A stretch of 48,435 bases of DNA from a virus. Its lineage: Duplodnaviria; Caudoviricetes. Numbering within the stretch: the stretch's first letter is position 1; every line of letters begins with the position of its first letter. Below the pieces are notes generated by a model. The model had not been told where the DNA came from, ran no database searches, and saw only the letters and a program-made list of their open reading frames with translations. Location: positions 1 to 48,435 of IMG/VR virus record IMGVR_UViG_3300006851_000001; one strand, written 5' to 3'. Below, piece by piece: positions 1-9,132 of the stretch. The position numbers and the translations under genes are program-made.

Positions 1-123
1 CTCTACTTGGTGAGGAACGCAGAGAGATACAAGGAAGTCCCTCCGTCTCAGCTTTACGAAATGTACCTGAGCCAACACGAGAAGATACGAGAAAATAATT
101 CTAGCAAAATAGTTGACATCAAG
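1..123. repeat. Direct terminal repeat (identical to 48313-48435), indicating a circular or circularly permuted assembly
   Basis: Positions 1-123 (ctctacttgg...gacatcaag) recur exactly at 48313-48435. The junction falls inside the primase-helicase ORF, so this is an assembly overlap rather than a physical end. Confidence 0.97.
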
Positions 124-141
124 AAAACAGTGTGACACGAT
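113..141 (+). promoter_or_regulatory. Candidate sigma70 promoter for the replication module
   Basis: TTGACA at 113-118, a 17-bp spacer, then CACGAT at 136-141. The palindrome GTGTGACAC overlaps it and the RHH gene lies just downstream. Confidence 0.45.
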
Positions 142-202
142 GTGCAACACGGCCTCGAAGAGAGGCCTGAAACCAAAGCAACCGAAGTGGAGATAGGAAT
201 GA

Positions 203-406
203 ATGAGTAAACGAAAGAGTAGCTACTCATCTCTGAACACTCGATACCCTCCTGAGAAAATCGAGAAGTTCGAGACCAGAGCAGCGTTGTTAGGAAAGAC
301 TAGAAGCGAAATGATGCGGGCACTAGCCGACGCCTTCATCGAAGGAAGAGTCACGATTGCCCAGACTCCCATTGAGAAACAAATCAACGAAAGGATATAC
401 AAATGA
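203..406 (+). CDS. Ribbon-helix-helix (CopG/Arc-like) DNA-binding protein
   Basis: 67 aa; pattern SLNTRYPPEKIEKFETRAALLGKTRSEMMRALADAF fits an RHH strand plus two helices with the G-x-(T/S)-R-S turn. Confidence 0.7.
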   Translation: MSKRKSSYSSLNTRYPPEKIEKFETRAALLGKTRSEMMRALADAFIEGRVTIAQTPIEKQINERIYK

Positions 407-903
407 GCTTAGAGAAAAACATTAAATCACTCACCGAAGCGGTGATTAACTTGACCCAACTGCTCCATGAAGGAGGTCTAAATGCGATACCGCAGCAGCA
501 AGCACAGGTCCCTGCGCCGGCAGCTCCAGCGCCCGAAGCTCCAGCGCCAGCTCCAGCGCCCGCAGCCCCGGCACCCGCCGCTCCTGCACCCGCACCTGCG
601 CCTGCCCCCGCCGCACCGGTAGCGCCGGCAGCTCCCGTAGCTCCCGCGCCCGCAGCACCGGCAGCAGCGCCCGCACCTGCGCCTGCACCAGCAGCACCAG
701 CAGCTGCGTACACCCCAGAGCAAGCGAACCAGATTCTCATCGACAAATACCATGAGCTGGTCCAGCAGGGAGCTGACGGCGCCAAAGTGCAGGCGAAACT
801 AGAAGCGTGCATTGGTTCCTCCAAGTTGAGCGAGGTCCCAGTAGCTAACCTATCTGCGGTAGTAGAGGCAGTGCAGAGTTTGACACTTGGAGACGTACAA
901 TGA
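403..903 (+). CDS. Pro/Ala-linker protein of the type found upstream of DUF2800 genes
   Basis: N-terminal coiled coil, about 65-aa (AP)n linker, C-terminal GSSKLSEVP domain. ATGA overlaps with both neighbours. Confidence 0.75.
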   Translation: MSLEKNIKSLTEAVINLTQLLHEGGLNAIPQQQAQVPAPAAPAPEAPAPAPAPAAPAPAAPAPAPAPAPAAPVAPAAPVAPAPAAPAAAPAPAPAPAAPAAAYTPEQANQILIDKYHELVQQGADGAKVQAKLEACIGSSKLSEVPVANLSAVVEAVQSLTLGDVQ

Positions 904-2213
904 CTCAGCACGCGCGCCTGAGCCCCTCCGACCACGCTTGGGTGCACTGCCCGGGCAAAATCAGGGAGGCGTCAGGATACGTTGACGTTATCTCACCCGC
1001 CGCGATTGACGGGACCGGCTCTCACGAACTCCTAGAGCGATGCCTCGTCGAAGGGAAGAGAGCGGAAGAGTTCATCGGAGACACGGTGGGGGTGGGACAC
1101 GAAGACATGCCGATGGGTTGGTTCGTGGACATCATGCGAGCGGAACGGGTGCAGTTGTGCTTGGACTATGTACAGCGTCGAATCACTGAACTCTCAGATG
1201 AATTCCCGAACGCGACGGTCCACGTCACCGCTGAAGAGAGGGTGAACCCCGGCAAGTTCTGCAATCCTCCCCGCGAGGACTGGCGGGGGACCGCAGACAT
1301 CACCATCGAAGTACTAAACAGCGAGGGCAAGCAGGAGTTCCTCGAGGTAGTGGACTACAAGGATGGGAGAATCTTCGTAAACGCAGAAGAGAACACCCAA
1401 CTTCAGTCATACTGGATAGGCAGAGCGTACGAAACAGATTGCACGTTCTCGTGGCGTTCTCGGATGACAATTGTCCAGCCGAAGACGAACCCGCCCATCC
1501 GCTACACGGAGGACAAGGACAGAAACCAACTGCACCTTGCGTACCAAAGACTAAGCCGCGCGGCGGAGGCAACTGATGACCCCCTCGCGCCCCTCAAGGC
1601 AGGCGATTGGTGCTATTGGTGCCTAGCTAATCCTCGGAGAGGCGGGCACTGCACCCAGCCAGTAGACCAAAGCACTCAGGAGGTGAGTACAATGTTAAAC
1701 GTAGAAGGAGGGAGTTCTATACTAGACGCTCTCCGGAACTCGAAAGTAGAAGACATGAGCGCCGAAGACCTCGCGAAGCTCGCGGACCAAGAGCCTCTAT
1801 TCCAAGCGGCGTTTGACCGAGTCAAAGCTGAAATCTCGGAGCGAGTGAAGCAGGGCTTGCAGGTCCCGGGGTGGGGCATGGTGAGAGGCAACGGCCGACG
1901 GAAGTGGAAGGACGAGGAAGCAGCAGCGGAAGCTCTGAAGAATCGCCGTCTGAAGGCAGCGCAGTACCGCCCTCGCGTGCTTATCTCGCCTGCGCAGGCA
2001 GAAAAGCTCCTAGGTAAGGAAGTCTTCCGACGACTCGAAGAGGACCACGTCGAAGTAATATACGGCGACCCGAAGGTGGGCCGAGTGGCGGGCAACCGAG
2101 GAGATGATATAGAAACTATGTTCATGGGGGTAGACCCCGCAGCCCCGGGTGCGGAAGAGACCGTCGTCGCAGAAGTGACCCCCGACAACCCAACTTCAAT
2201 CTCATTTTTATAA
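900..2213 (+). CDS. DUF2800 family Cas4-like/PD-(D/E)XK exonuclease
   Basis: Motifs HARLSPS..W.HCPG, GT.SHEL.E, GTADI, VVDYKDG, NTQLQSY and GDWCYWC. Ends -ISFL. Confidence 0.88.
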   Translation: MTQHARLSPSDHAWVHCPGKIREASGYVDVISPAAIDGTGSHELLERCLVEGKRAEEFIGDTVGVGHEDMPMGWFVDIMRAERVQLCLDYVQRRITELSDEFPNATVHVTAEERVNPGKFCNPPREDWRGTADITIEVLNSEGKQEFLEVVDYKDGRIFVNAEENTQLQSYWIGRAYETDCTFSWRSRMTIVQPKTNPPIRYTEDKDRNQLHLAYQRLSRAAEATDDPLAPLKAGDWCYWCLANPRRGGHCTQPVDQSTQEVSTMLNVEGGSSILDALRNSKVEDMSAEDLAKLADQEPLFQAAFDRVKAEISERVKQGLQVPGWGMVRGNGRRKWKDEEAAAEALKNRRLKAAQYRPRVLISPAQAEKLLGKEVFRRLEEDHVEVIYGDPKVGRVAGNRGDDIETMFMGVDPAAPGAEETVVAEVTPDNPTSISFL

Positions 2214-2223
2214 AGGTGAAAAT

Positions 2224-3009
2224 ATGTCAACTGTAATCAAAGGAATCTTGAGCTTCCCCAAGCTCTTCAAAGCCGAAAGCAATAGCCCCGCAATGGCCCC
2301 TCGCTTCGGAGTGGTAGTGCTGCTAGAACCAAACGACCCTCAAGTCGCTCAAATTCAGCAAGCCATCCAGACGGCGAAACTCAACCAATGGCCAAACGGA
2401 CAGTTCCCTTCGGTACGTGAGTGCCTTGTGCCGTACGATGAAGCCTTCGCCGGGAAGGACTATTACGACTCTCAATTCTCAGGCTGGTGGACGTTGAGCG
2501 CCAACACCGCAGCGGACAATCCCCCGGCGGTGGTGGGCATGGACCGACAGCCCCTCATGGATGCGACGAAAGTGTTCTCCGGTTGCGTTGCGTACGTCAA
2601 CGTAGGCATCGCAGTGTACACCACCGGGAGCGTAGGCGTTGGTGCATTCCTCAATGGCGTGATGGTCACTGACGAAGAGCCACCGCGTGGTCGTCTGGAC
2701 GGAAAGCCGAGCGTAGACCAGATGTTCTCTGGTGTCCAAGGACACATGCCCGCCCCTGCGCCAGCTCCAGCACCCGCAGCAGCACCAGTAGCTCCAGCTC
2801 CTGCACCCGCACCAGCAGCTCCTGCACCCGCACCCGCACCAGCTCCCGCAGCTCCGGCCCCGGCCCCCGCTCCCGCTCCCGCAGGTCGCCAAATGACTGC
2901 GGCCGCAACCGCAACTTACGAAGCTTACAAAGCGGCTGGGTGGTCAGATGAGGCCCTGATTCAGAATGGACTCATGCACCCACCAGCGGCAACTCCGAGC
3001 TTCCACTAA
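2224..3009 (+). CDS. ssDNA-binding protein (DUF2815/gp2.5-like) with a Pro/Ala linker and a small C-terminal helical domain
   Basis: Motifs LSFPKLF, P.VV..D, FSGC...VNV and GVGAFLNGVM. Sits between the DUF2800 gene and the polymerase. Confidence 0.85.
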   Translation: MSTVIKGILSFPKLFKAESNSPAMAPRFGVVVLLEPNDPQVAQIQQAIQTAKLNQWPNGQFPSVRECLVPYDEAFAGKDYYDSQFSGWWTLSANTAADNPPAVVGMDRQPLMDATKVFSGCVAYVNVGIAVYTTGSVGVGAFLNGVMVTDEEPPRGRLDGKPSVDQMFSGVQGHMPAPAPAPAPAAAPVAPAPAPAPAAPAPAPAPAPAAPAPAPAPAPAGRQMTAAATATYEAYKAAGWSDEALIQNGLMHPPAATPSFH

Positions 3010-3016
3010 CCGCCAC

Positions 3017-3041
3017 GAGGCCCCTTCGGGGGCTTCTTTTT
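3017..3041 (+). terminator. Rho-independent terminator after the SSB gene
   Basis: GAGGCCCC-TTCG-GGGGCTTC stem-loop followed by TTTTT. Confidence 0.8.
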
Positions 3042-3051
3042 GGAGAGTCAC

Positions 3052-3426
3052 ATGAGTTTACTTAAACGAGATAAACACCGGAGCATGGTCTCAGTAGACA
3101 GGTGTCCCGGAGTCGGGAGCGGTTATGGGGATGCTCTCCAGACCCTCATCGACCTCAGACACTGTGAGGGGTCGGTGGCGGTGCACCCCACAGCAGAGGG
3201 AGATGAGCGGCCCTTGGACCTTTTGTTCTTCATCTGGCCCCGCCGAGAGGGAGTAGGGGTAGTAAGTATGTACCTAGGCCCCTCTAGCTCAGCATTTCTG
3301 TCCCCCGCATTCGCGACCAGAGAAGACGCGGAAGCTGCGATAGCGGAGGTAGGAGTCCACGCGGTAGAGAGAATGTTCGAGACGCTCAGCGCCTCGTTTG
3401 GTGAAGGAGGAGATAGCGGTGCTTGA
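3052..3426 (+). CDS. Hypothetical protein
   Basis: ATG at 3052 follows GGAGAG (the track start at 3040 is a TTG within the terminator). Fills the gap before the polymerase. Confidence 0.65.
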   Translation: MSLLKRDKHRSMVSVDRCPGVGSGYGDALQTLIDLRHCEGSVAVHPTAEGDERPLDLLFFIWPRREGVGVVSMYLGPSSSAFLSPAFATREDAEAAIAEVGVHAVERMFETLSASFGEGGDSGA

Positions 3427-5503
3427 CCCAGACAAGTTCGACAGAAGAGTACACATGGACTTCGAGACGTACAGCGAGCTCGACATCAGACGGACGGGGG
3501 CTCACAAGTACGCAAAGCACGGAAGCACTGAGGTGCTGATGCTGTACTATGCGTTCGACGACGAGGAGCCCCTCGGCTGGATTCCAGAAGAATCACCGGT
3601 CATGCCTCAGCCTCTGGTGGAGGCTCTTCGGGACCCCCGCTGCGCTAAGATGGCGTTTAATGCTGCGTTTGAGCGCTTGATATTCAAGCACGTATTGAAT
3701 CTGGACATCCCCATTGACCAGTGGAGATGCACGATGGTTGCGTCTTACTACCTCGGGTTCGTGGGAGGGCTGGACATGGTTCTCCAGCAGACAGGACTTC
3801 AGTCAAGAAAAGACCCAAGGGGCTCTCAGCTCATCAATACTTTCAGCAAGCCGGCACCACGGAACCACCATGCAGAGAGGTACACCAGCAGGAATAAGCC
3901 TCAAGAGTGGGAAGAGTTTAAGCGGTACTGCTATAACGACGTAGTAGTAGAGAGGGAGCTATTTCACTTCCTGAGCGCGTTCCCCGCAATGCCAGAGTGG
4001 GACTGGCATAGGTACTTAGTTGACCAAGAGATGAATGACCGCGGTGCCTATGCTGACGTCAGGATGGCAGAGGGAGCCTTCGAAATCTGGGAGGAGGAGA
4101 AGAAGCGCCTCGCCCTCGAGATACAGAGACTGTCGGGCTTGGAGAGAATTTCCCGAGGACCATTCCTCCAGTTCTTGCAAGACAGGGGGCTGCCCCTCGA
4201 GACAACTCAGAAAGCAGAACTACTCACCTTCGCCACGGACACCAGCGTTCCAGAAGACCTCCGACGCTTACTGTTCCTGTGGATGGAGAGAGAAGGGAAG
4301 GCGGCCAGCAAGTACGCAGCGGTGGCGCGAGGGGCGTGTGATGACTCCCGCGTGAGAGGCATGTTCCAGTTCAAAGGAGCGTCACGGACTGACCGCACCG
4401 CGGGAAGAAGAGTGCAATTACAAAACCTGAAAAGGAGCGTAGCAAGTGACGCCCAAATCCCCTACTTAGTAGGAGCTATTGAGAGCGGGAACGCAGGACT
4501 TCTTAGGATGGTCGCCCCAGAGGGGGTATCGGAGGTGCTAGGGACGTCAATCCGTCACGTAATCCAAGCCCCAGAGGGACGTTCTCTGGTGGCGTTCGAC
4601 CTCTCCAGCATCGAGTCCGTTGTCCTTGGGTGGCTGGTCTACTGCGAGTCAATTCTTGATACGTTCAGGAACGGAAGAGACACCTACAAAGTGTTTGCTT
4701 CACAATACTACGGCCTGAACTATGAAGACATCACTCGGGACCAGAGGAACTTCGCGAAACCCCCTGTCCTCGGGTGCGGGTACATGCTCGGGTGGAAAGG
4801 CCTCATCTCCTACGCAGAGGGGTATGGGGTGGAGATGGATGAGGAATCCGCTCGCCGAGCCGTGAGCACATTCCGCACGATGTACCCAGAAATTTGTGAG
4901 TTCTGGACTTGGATATACGACGCGGTTAAATACGTCATCAAGACCGGAGAGAGACTCGAAGGGTACCGGCTCACCATAGAACGGTGCGAAACCTTCCTGC
5001 GGATTTGGCTTCCATCTGGGAGAGCCCTAAGCTACCAGCACCCAGAAGTGTCGTCGAGGATAGCGCCTTGGACAGAGATTCTGGACTCGAACGGAACGCC
5101 GGTAGACCTGCACTCACTCCGAGAGACTTACCAAGTCCCGGACGAGGAGCTAGTGGCGATGGGGTGGGCGTCGAGCGCCGACCTGATAGAGAACGTATCG
5201 TACATGGGCACCGACCTCGCAGGGCGGTGGACGCGGACCTTCGCACACGCGGGGCTGTTCACCGAGAACATCGTGCAATCAATCGCAATGGATATTCTGA
5301 AAGATGCGATAGTCCGAATGCACCAAGCAGGCTTAGAGATTGTGATGGAAGTACACGACGAGGTCGTGGCGGAAGTTGACGATAGCCACGTGGAGTGGGC
5401 GAAGCAAATCATGCACGAAAGTCTGACGACCCTCCCACCGTGGGCACCTGACCTTTGGCTTGGTGCGGACGGGTACGTCAGTAAGTTTTACAAATCGGAT
5501 TAA
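3398..5503 (+). CDS. DNA polymerase family A (APSE-like) with 3'-5' exonuclease; likely start GTG at 3419
   Basis: Exonuclease motifs DFETYS, AFNAAFE and YCYNDV; polymerase motif A DLSSIES, motif B RNFAKPPVLGCGY, ENIVQ and motif C VHDE. AAGGAGG RBS at 3404-3410. Confidence 0.95.
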   Translation: MVKEEIAVLDPDKFDRRVHMDFETYSELDIRRTGAHKYAKHGSTEVLMLYYAFDDEEPLGWIPEESPVMPQPLVEALRDPRCAKMAFNAAFERLIFKHVLNLDIPIDQWRCTMVASYYLGFVGGLDMVLQQTGLQSRKDPRGSQLINTFSKPAPRNHHAERYTSRNKPQEWEEFKRYCYNDVVVERELFHFLSAFPAMPEWDWHRYLVDQEMNDRGAYADVRMAEGAFEIWEEEKKRLALEIQRLSGLERISRGPFLQFLQDRGLPLETTQKAELLTFATDTSVPEDLRRLLFLWMEREGKAASKYAAVARGACDDSRVRGMFQFKGASRTDRTAGRRVQLQNLKRSVASDAQIPYLVGAIESGNAGLLRMVAPEGVSEVLGTSIRHVIQAPEGRSLVAFDLSSIESVVLGWLVYCESILDTFRNGRDTYKVFASQYYGLNYEDITRDQRNFAKPPVLGCGYMLGWKGLISYAEGYGVEMDEESARRAVSTFRTMYPEICEFWTWIYDAVKYVIKTGERLEGYRLTIERCETFLRIWLPSGRALSYQHPEVSSRIAPWTEILDSNGTPVDLHSLRETYQVPDEELVAMGWASSADLIENVSYMGTDLAGRWTRTFAHAGLFTENIVQSIAMDILKDAIVRMHQAGLEIVMEVHDEVVAEVDDSHVEWAKQIMHESLTTLPPWAPDLWLGADGYVSKFYKSD

Positions 5504-5508
5504 GGTTT

Positions 5509-5817
5509 ATGTCAGAACATAAATTAGAAGAACGAATGCGGCGTTGGGTCACCGCGCGGGGCGGGCTGTACCTCAAGTGGGTGAGCCCCGGCAACGACGG
5601 AGTCCCTGACCGAATCATTCTCCTCAACGGACTGGTAGTGTTCCACGAACTCAAGACAGACACCGGTGAGCTTGAGGTATCCCAGAAAAGAATGCTCCCT
5701 CGAATTGCAGAAGCCATAGAAGGAGGGGGAGCACTCCTGAGGGTGACCTACGGTGCTAAAGGACTTGAGGAATTGATGGACGAATTGAACGAGAAGGGTA
5801 AACACGATGACAGATAA
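5509..5817 (+). CDS. VRR-NUC domain nuclease
   Basis: SE..LE...KWVSPGNDGVPDRI...FHELKT..G.L..SQ pattern. Confidence 0.9.
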   Translation: MSEHKLEERMRRWVTARGGLYLKWVSPGNDGVPDRIILLNGLVVFHELKTDTGELEVSQKRMLPRIAEAIEGGGALLRVTYGAKGLEELMDELNEKGKHDDR

Positions 5818-7405
5818 AACTCGGGGCCTCTTAACCCCGGCAGACCTACACCCCTACCAGAGGGAGGCGGAGCTCCATGCTCTGTATACTGACGAAACAA
5901 TGCTCTGGCTACAGATGGGATTAGGGAAGACTATCATTTCGCTATCGGTAATCACTGACCGGATGCGAGCAGGGCAGGTGAAGAAGACTCTAATCTTCGG
6001 GCCTCTTCGAGTGGTCCGTGCGGTATGGCAGAAGGAAGCGCGGAAGTGGACTCACACAAAAGACCTTAGATTTTCATTCTTACTGGGTTCCCCCGAAAAG
6101 AGGCGACGAGCTCTCTTCGCGGAGGCGGACATCTACCTCTGCAACTATGAGAACATGAATTGGTTGGCGGAGGAACTGGACCACTTCTACCTGAGCAGGG
6201 GCCTTCCTATCCCGTTCGACATGGTAGTCTACGACGAAATCACCAAGGTAAAGAAGTCAACCTCGGTGAGGATTGCGGGAGGGAAGCGAATCCACAAAGA
6301 CCGTCGCACGAAAAAAGAAGTAGAGGTCCACAGAATCGGCTGGAGAAAGTTCATCGACCTCTTCAAATATCGAATGGGGCTGACGGGGACTCCTGCTTCG
6401 AACGGCTACAAAGACCTCCACGGACAGTATTTAGTTCTTGACGGTGGCAAGCGACTCGGCCGGTACGTCACCCACTTCGAGGATAACTTTTTCACGAAGG
6501 GGTACGACGGGTGGAGTATCGAGGTGACCGAACTTGGTCGGAAGGAGATTGAGGCGAGAATCGCAGACATCACTCTCAAGATGGACGCCCACGAGTACCT
6601 CCCTTACATGCCGAAGTGCACCACCAGTAACATCTATGTAGAACTCCCGCCGTCTGCTCTGAAGAAGTACCGCTCCATGGAGCAGCAGATGTTCGCAGAG
6701 CTGGACTCGGGGAAAGAGGTAGAAGTATTCACCCGTTCCTCTGCTGCGATGAAGTGTTTGCAAATCGCGAACGGCTCGGTATACACAACGGTTCTCGAAG
6801 TGGACTACTCACAGGAACACACCGCAGAACCGGTGGAGAAAACCGAATGGCACGAAATACACAAAGCGAAGCTGGATGCTCTGGAGGAGATTATAGACAG
6901 TGCGGCGGGGGCCCCCGTCTTAGTTGCTTACTCATTCAAAAGCGACGCGGCCAGAATCATGCAGCGATTCTCCAAACTAAATCCAGTGAACCTCAGTACT
7001 GAGAAAGACAGTAGAACTGAGAAAATTATCCGAGACTGGAACGACGGCAAAATCCCCTTGATGATAGGGCACCCGGCTTCCATGGGGCACGGCATCGACG
7101 GACTTCAGGAGAGAGGGAGCATCGCGGTGTGGTTCGGCCCAACCCGGGACCTCGAGCTGTACGACCAGTTCAACTCAAGACTTAACCGACAAGGGCAGAC
7201 CAAGCCAGTTTCTATCTTGAGGATTCTCGCGGAAGACACCATTGACCTCGCTGCGGTGGCGGCGTTGGAAGCCAAGGCGACTGACGAAGCAGGCCTCAAG
7301 AAAGCGATAGATGCGTATCGGAGGAGGAAGGGAGAGGGAGCAGACTTTTTAGAGACCGCCCCTCGTGATATTATGAGGCAGACTGGGAACATTTCATTCT
7401 TATAA
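5807..7405 (+). CDS. SNF2-family DNA helicase
   Basis: Motifs LHPYQ, MGLGKT, VYDEIT, GLTGTPASN, HPASMGHGIDGLQ and QFNSRLNRQGQ. Ends -ISFL. Confidence 0.92.
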   Translation: MTDKTRGLLTPADLHPYQREAELHALYTDETMLWLQMGLGKTIISLSVITDRMRAGQVKKTLIFGPLRVVRAVWQKEARKWTHTKDLRFSFLLGSPEKRRRALFAEADIYLCNYENMNWLAEELDHFYLSRGLPIPFDMVVYDEITKVKKSTSVRIAGGKRIHKDRRTKKEVEVHRIGWRKFIDLFKYRMGLTGTPASNGYKDLHGQYLVLDGGKRLGRYVTHFEDNFFTKGYDGWSIEVTELGRKEIEARIADITLKMDAHEYLPYMPKCTTSNIYVELPPSALKKYRSMEQQMFAELDSGKEVEVFTRSSAAMKCLQIANGSVYTTVLEVDYSQEHTAEPVEKTEWHEIHKAKLDALEEIIDSAAGAPVLVAYSFKSDAARIMQRFSKLNPVNLSTEKDSRTEKIIRDWNDGKIPLMIGHPASMGHGIDGLQERGSIAVWFGPTRDLELYDQFNSRLNRQGQTKPVSILRILAEDTIDLAAVAALEAKATDEAGLKKAIDAYRRRKGEGADFLETAPRDIMRQTGNISFL

Positions 7406-7422
7406 GCTAAAGGAGGGGGTCC

Positions 7423-7620
7423 ATGGCTCTTCCTGTTCTAGTCACAAAACCCATAGCATGGCTCGCCAGAACAATTCTGGTGACGCTACTCCCTCTGGCA
7501 TTTGCCCTGACCCTTGGCGTCAGCATGGCGGTGAGAGAGTGCGAGAGACTTCGGACCTTAGAAGCGAAGGGGAAAACAAAAGGGAAGAGTGAAGAGGTCA
7601 AGGCAAGGGAGCGAAGTTAG
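7423..7620 (+). CDS. Small membrane protein
   Basis: AAGGAGG RBS, hydrophobic segment and basic C-terminus. Last plus-strand gene before the convergence point. Confidence 0.6.
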   Translation: MALPVLVTKPIAWLARTILVTLLPLAFALTLGVSMAVRECERLRTLEAKGKTKGKSEEVKARERS

Positions 7621-7624
7621 GGGC

Positions 7625-7891
7625 TCACCCTCGCCGGTCCCTAGCACCCAGTTCGTAGTTGAGGCTTTTCTCGATGCGGTCGAGTTTATCGCTTATCATC
7701 GTTGCGAACGTGTCAAACTTCTCTTGCTTCACGTAGTCGCCCACCACCAGCATAGAGAGATTGTGTACTTGGTCTTTCCTCTCGTTGTCCTTCGCCTGTA
7801 GTGAGATTATAGAATCCCAGATGACCTTCAGGACCCAACCTATGACCACAAGGAATCCACCAAAGATAAAGTTAATGACAATCTGTTCCAT
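7625..7891 (-). CDS. Small membrane protein (N-terminal TM plus coiled coil; holin/antiholin-like)
   Basis: IVINFIFGGFLVVIGWVLKVIW TM helix, followed by YVKQEKF..KLDRIE. Confidence 0.65.
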   Translation of the reverse strand: MEQIVINFIFGGFLVVIGWVLKVIWDSIISLQAKDNERKDQVHNLSMLVVGDYVKQEKFDTFATMISDKLDRIEKSLNYELGARDRRG

Positions 7892-8875
7892 CTAGCCCCC
7901 CACTAAAACTCCATCAAGACCCACAGTGCCGACGGGATAAGCTAGCTGTAAATCATGTCCTTTGGTGAACACGTCGATAGACACATCTGCACTTAGATTT
8001 TTCTCTGGTTCCACCAAAGCTTGTTTCGCTGCCACTAAAATAAAAGGCTCGTCGTGCGTGTATTCGCCAAGATAGCCAGTGTCCTCGCCCGCTATATTAA
8101 AACCTACTTGCTTTGTAAGGGAGTTGAAATATAGCCCAAGCCGAACACTGGTTTGTTCGGGGAACGCCCTACTATCGTCACAGTCACCGTGCCAACAAGG
8201 GGCAACCCAAATCACCGATGCTCCTCCTTCGTGACTGAAATTGATATGAAGATTACCTCCGCCATGCTCAGGTGTTTGAGGTCTATACCCGCCAACGGAT
8301 ATAGTAAAAGTACCTGTCTTGTCTTCAACGTTTGTTACGCTCACATAGTATTCAACTGCGTAGATGCCGTCGCCTAAGTAACTAGGAGGAAGTATATGCT
8401 CTTCGGGGATTTGCCCTCCACCAGCAAGTGCCTCAGCCGCTACTTGGGAAATAGCTGCGTGCGAGTCTGCGCCAGAAGAAGCTAACTTGTGGCCGCAACT
8501 ATCTAATACATTGAAAGGCTCAAAACCCAATAGGCTTATAAGCTCTGGCTTAACGTCTAGCGGATAAACACACTCTCCTTCGACTTCTTCTAACCCTGAA
8601 ATTGCATTTAGTAAATCAAGGTAAGCTTCATCAACTTCTTGTTGAGTAGCTTCCCCATTATCCCTTACGCTTACTGCTGTTGCATACGCATCCAATACAG
8701 CTTGGTAACTTTCAGGGGTGTAGTTCTCAGGTGGATACTCGCTAGAAGATGAGTCCCAATATTCTATAATAGAAATTAGTTGGGTCTTATCTACAGGAGA
8801 AGGGGAGCCCCCTCCCTCCATTACAGAAGGCCATAGGTACTCTTTGAACTTCGAGAGGCCTTTTATCTTCTTCAT
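7892..8875 (-). CDS. Putative virion accessory/adhesion protein: FIVAR-like domain plus DUF4882-like beta domain
   Basis: VDKTQL...YTPESYQAV..A...A..V.....ATQQEVDEA...L.NAI.GL is the FIVAR pattern. ECVYPLD...GLYFNSLTKQVG..I.G...GY...YPVGT resembles DUF4882. The gene is visibly AT-richer than its flanks. Confidence 0.6.
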   Translation of the reverse strand: MKKIKGLSKFKEYLWPSVMEGGGSPSPVDKTQLISIIEYWDSSSSEYPPENYTPESYQAVLDAYATAVSVRDNGEATQQEVDEAYLDLLNAISGLEEVEGECVYPLDVKPELISLLGFEPFNVLDSCGHKLASSGADSHAAISQVAAEALAGGGQIPEEHILPPSYLGDGIYAVEYYVSVTNVEDKTGTFTISVGGYRPQTPEHGGGNLHINFSHEGGASVIWVAPCWHGDCDDSRAFPEQTSVRLGLYFNSLTKQVGFNIAGEDTGYLGEYTHDEPFILVAAKQALVEPEKNLSADVSIDVFTKGHDLQLAYPVGTVGLDGVLVGG

Positions 8876-9132
8876 TATGCGCTCACTACCAACGTCGCTT
8901 CGGCGGAACGAACGTACACGTCTCCCGGCACCTTGGCGCGAACGAGAGCGTCGCCCACTTCTAGAAAGTGACCTCGCACTCCGTCGGCGGGGGCCCCTCC
9001 GAACGCGACCTCCACCGTGTGGAAGGGACCTAGGTTCTCGAGGAGGAACTCTCCGTCAGTACCAATGGCCTCGACCTTTGTCCAGCTGTTCCCAGTAATT
9101 TCAATGTTTGTGGTGGCCATGTCAATCTCCAA
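8875..9132 (-). CDS. Small beta-rich hypothetical (probably virion) protein
   Basis: 85 aa, tightly packed between the spanin gene and 7892-8875; alternative start MATT at 9120. Confidence 0.65.
   Translation of the reverse strand: MEIDMATTNIEITGNSWTKVEAIGTDGEFLLENLGPFHTVEVAFGGAPADGVRGHFLEVGDALVRAKVPGDVYVRSAEATLVVSA

Noticed and set aside
1-123. Biological terminal repeat of the virion DNA
   Set aside because: It falls in the middle of the primase-helicase gene, which fits an assembler circular overlap better.
384-947. Antisense Gly/Ala-rich ORFs (384-947, 446-697, 478-753; likewise 2472-2914)
   Set aside because: These are shadows of the stop-free Pro/Ala codon repeats on the coding strand.
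900-2213. Cas4 as evidence of a CRISPR system
   Set aside because: It is a DUF2800-type nuclease in the standard phage nuclease-SSB-polymerase module.
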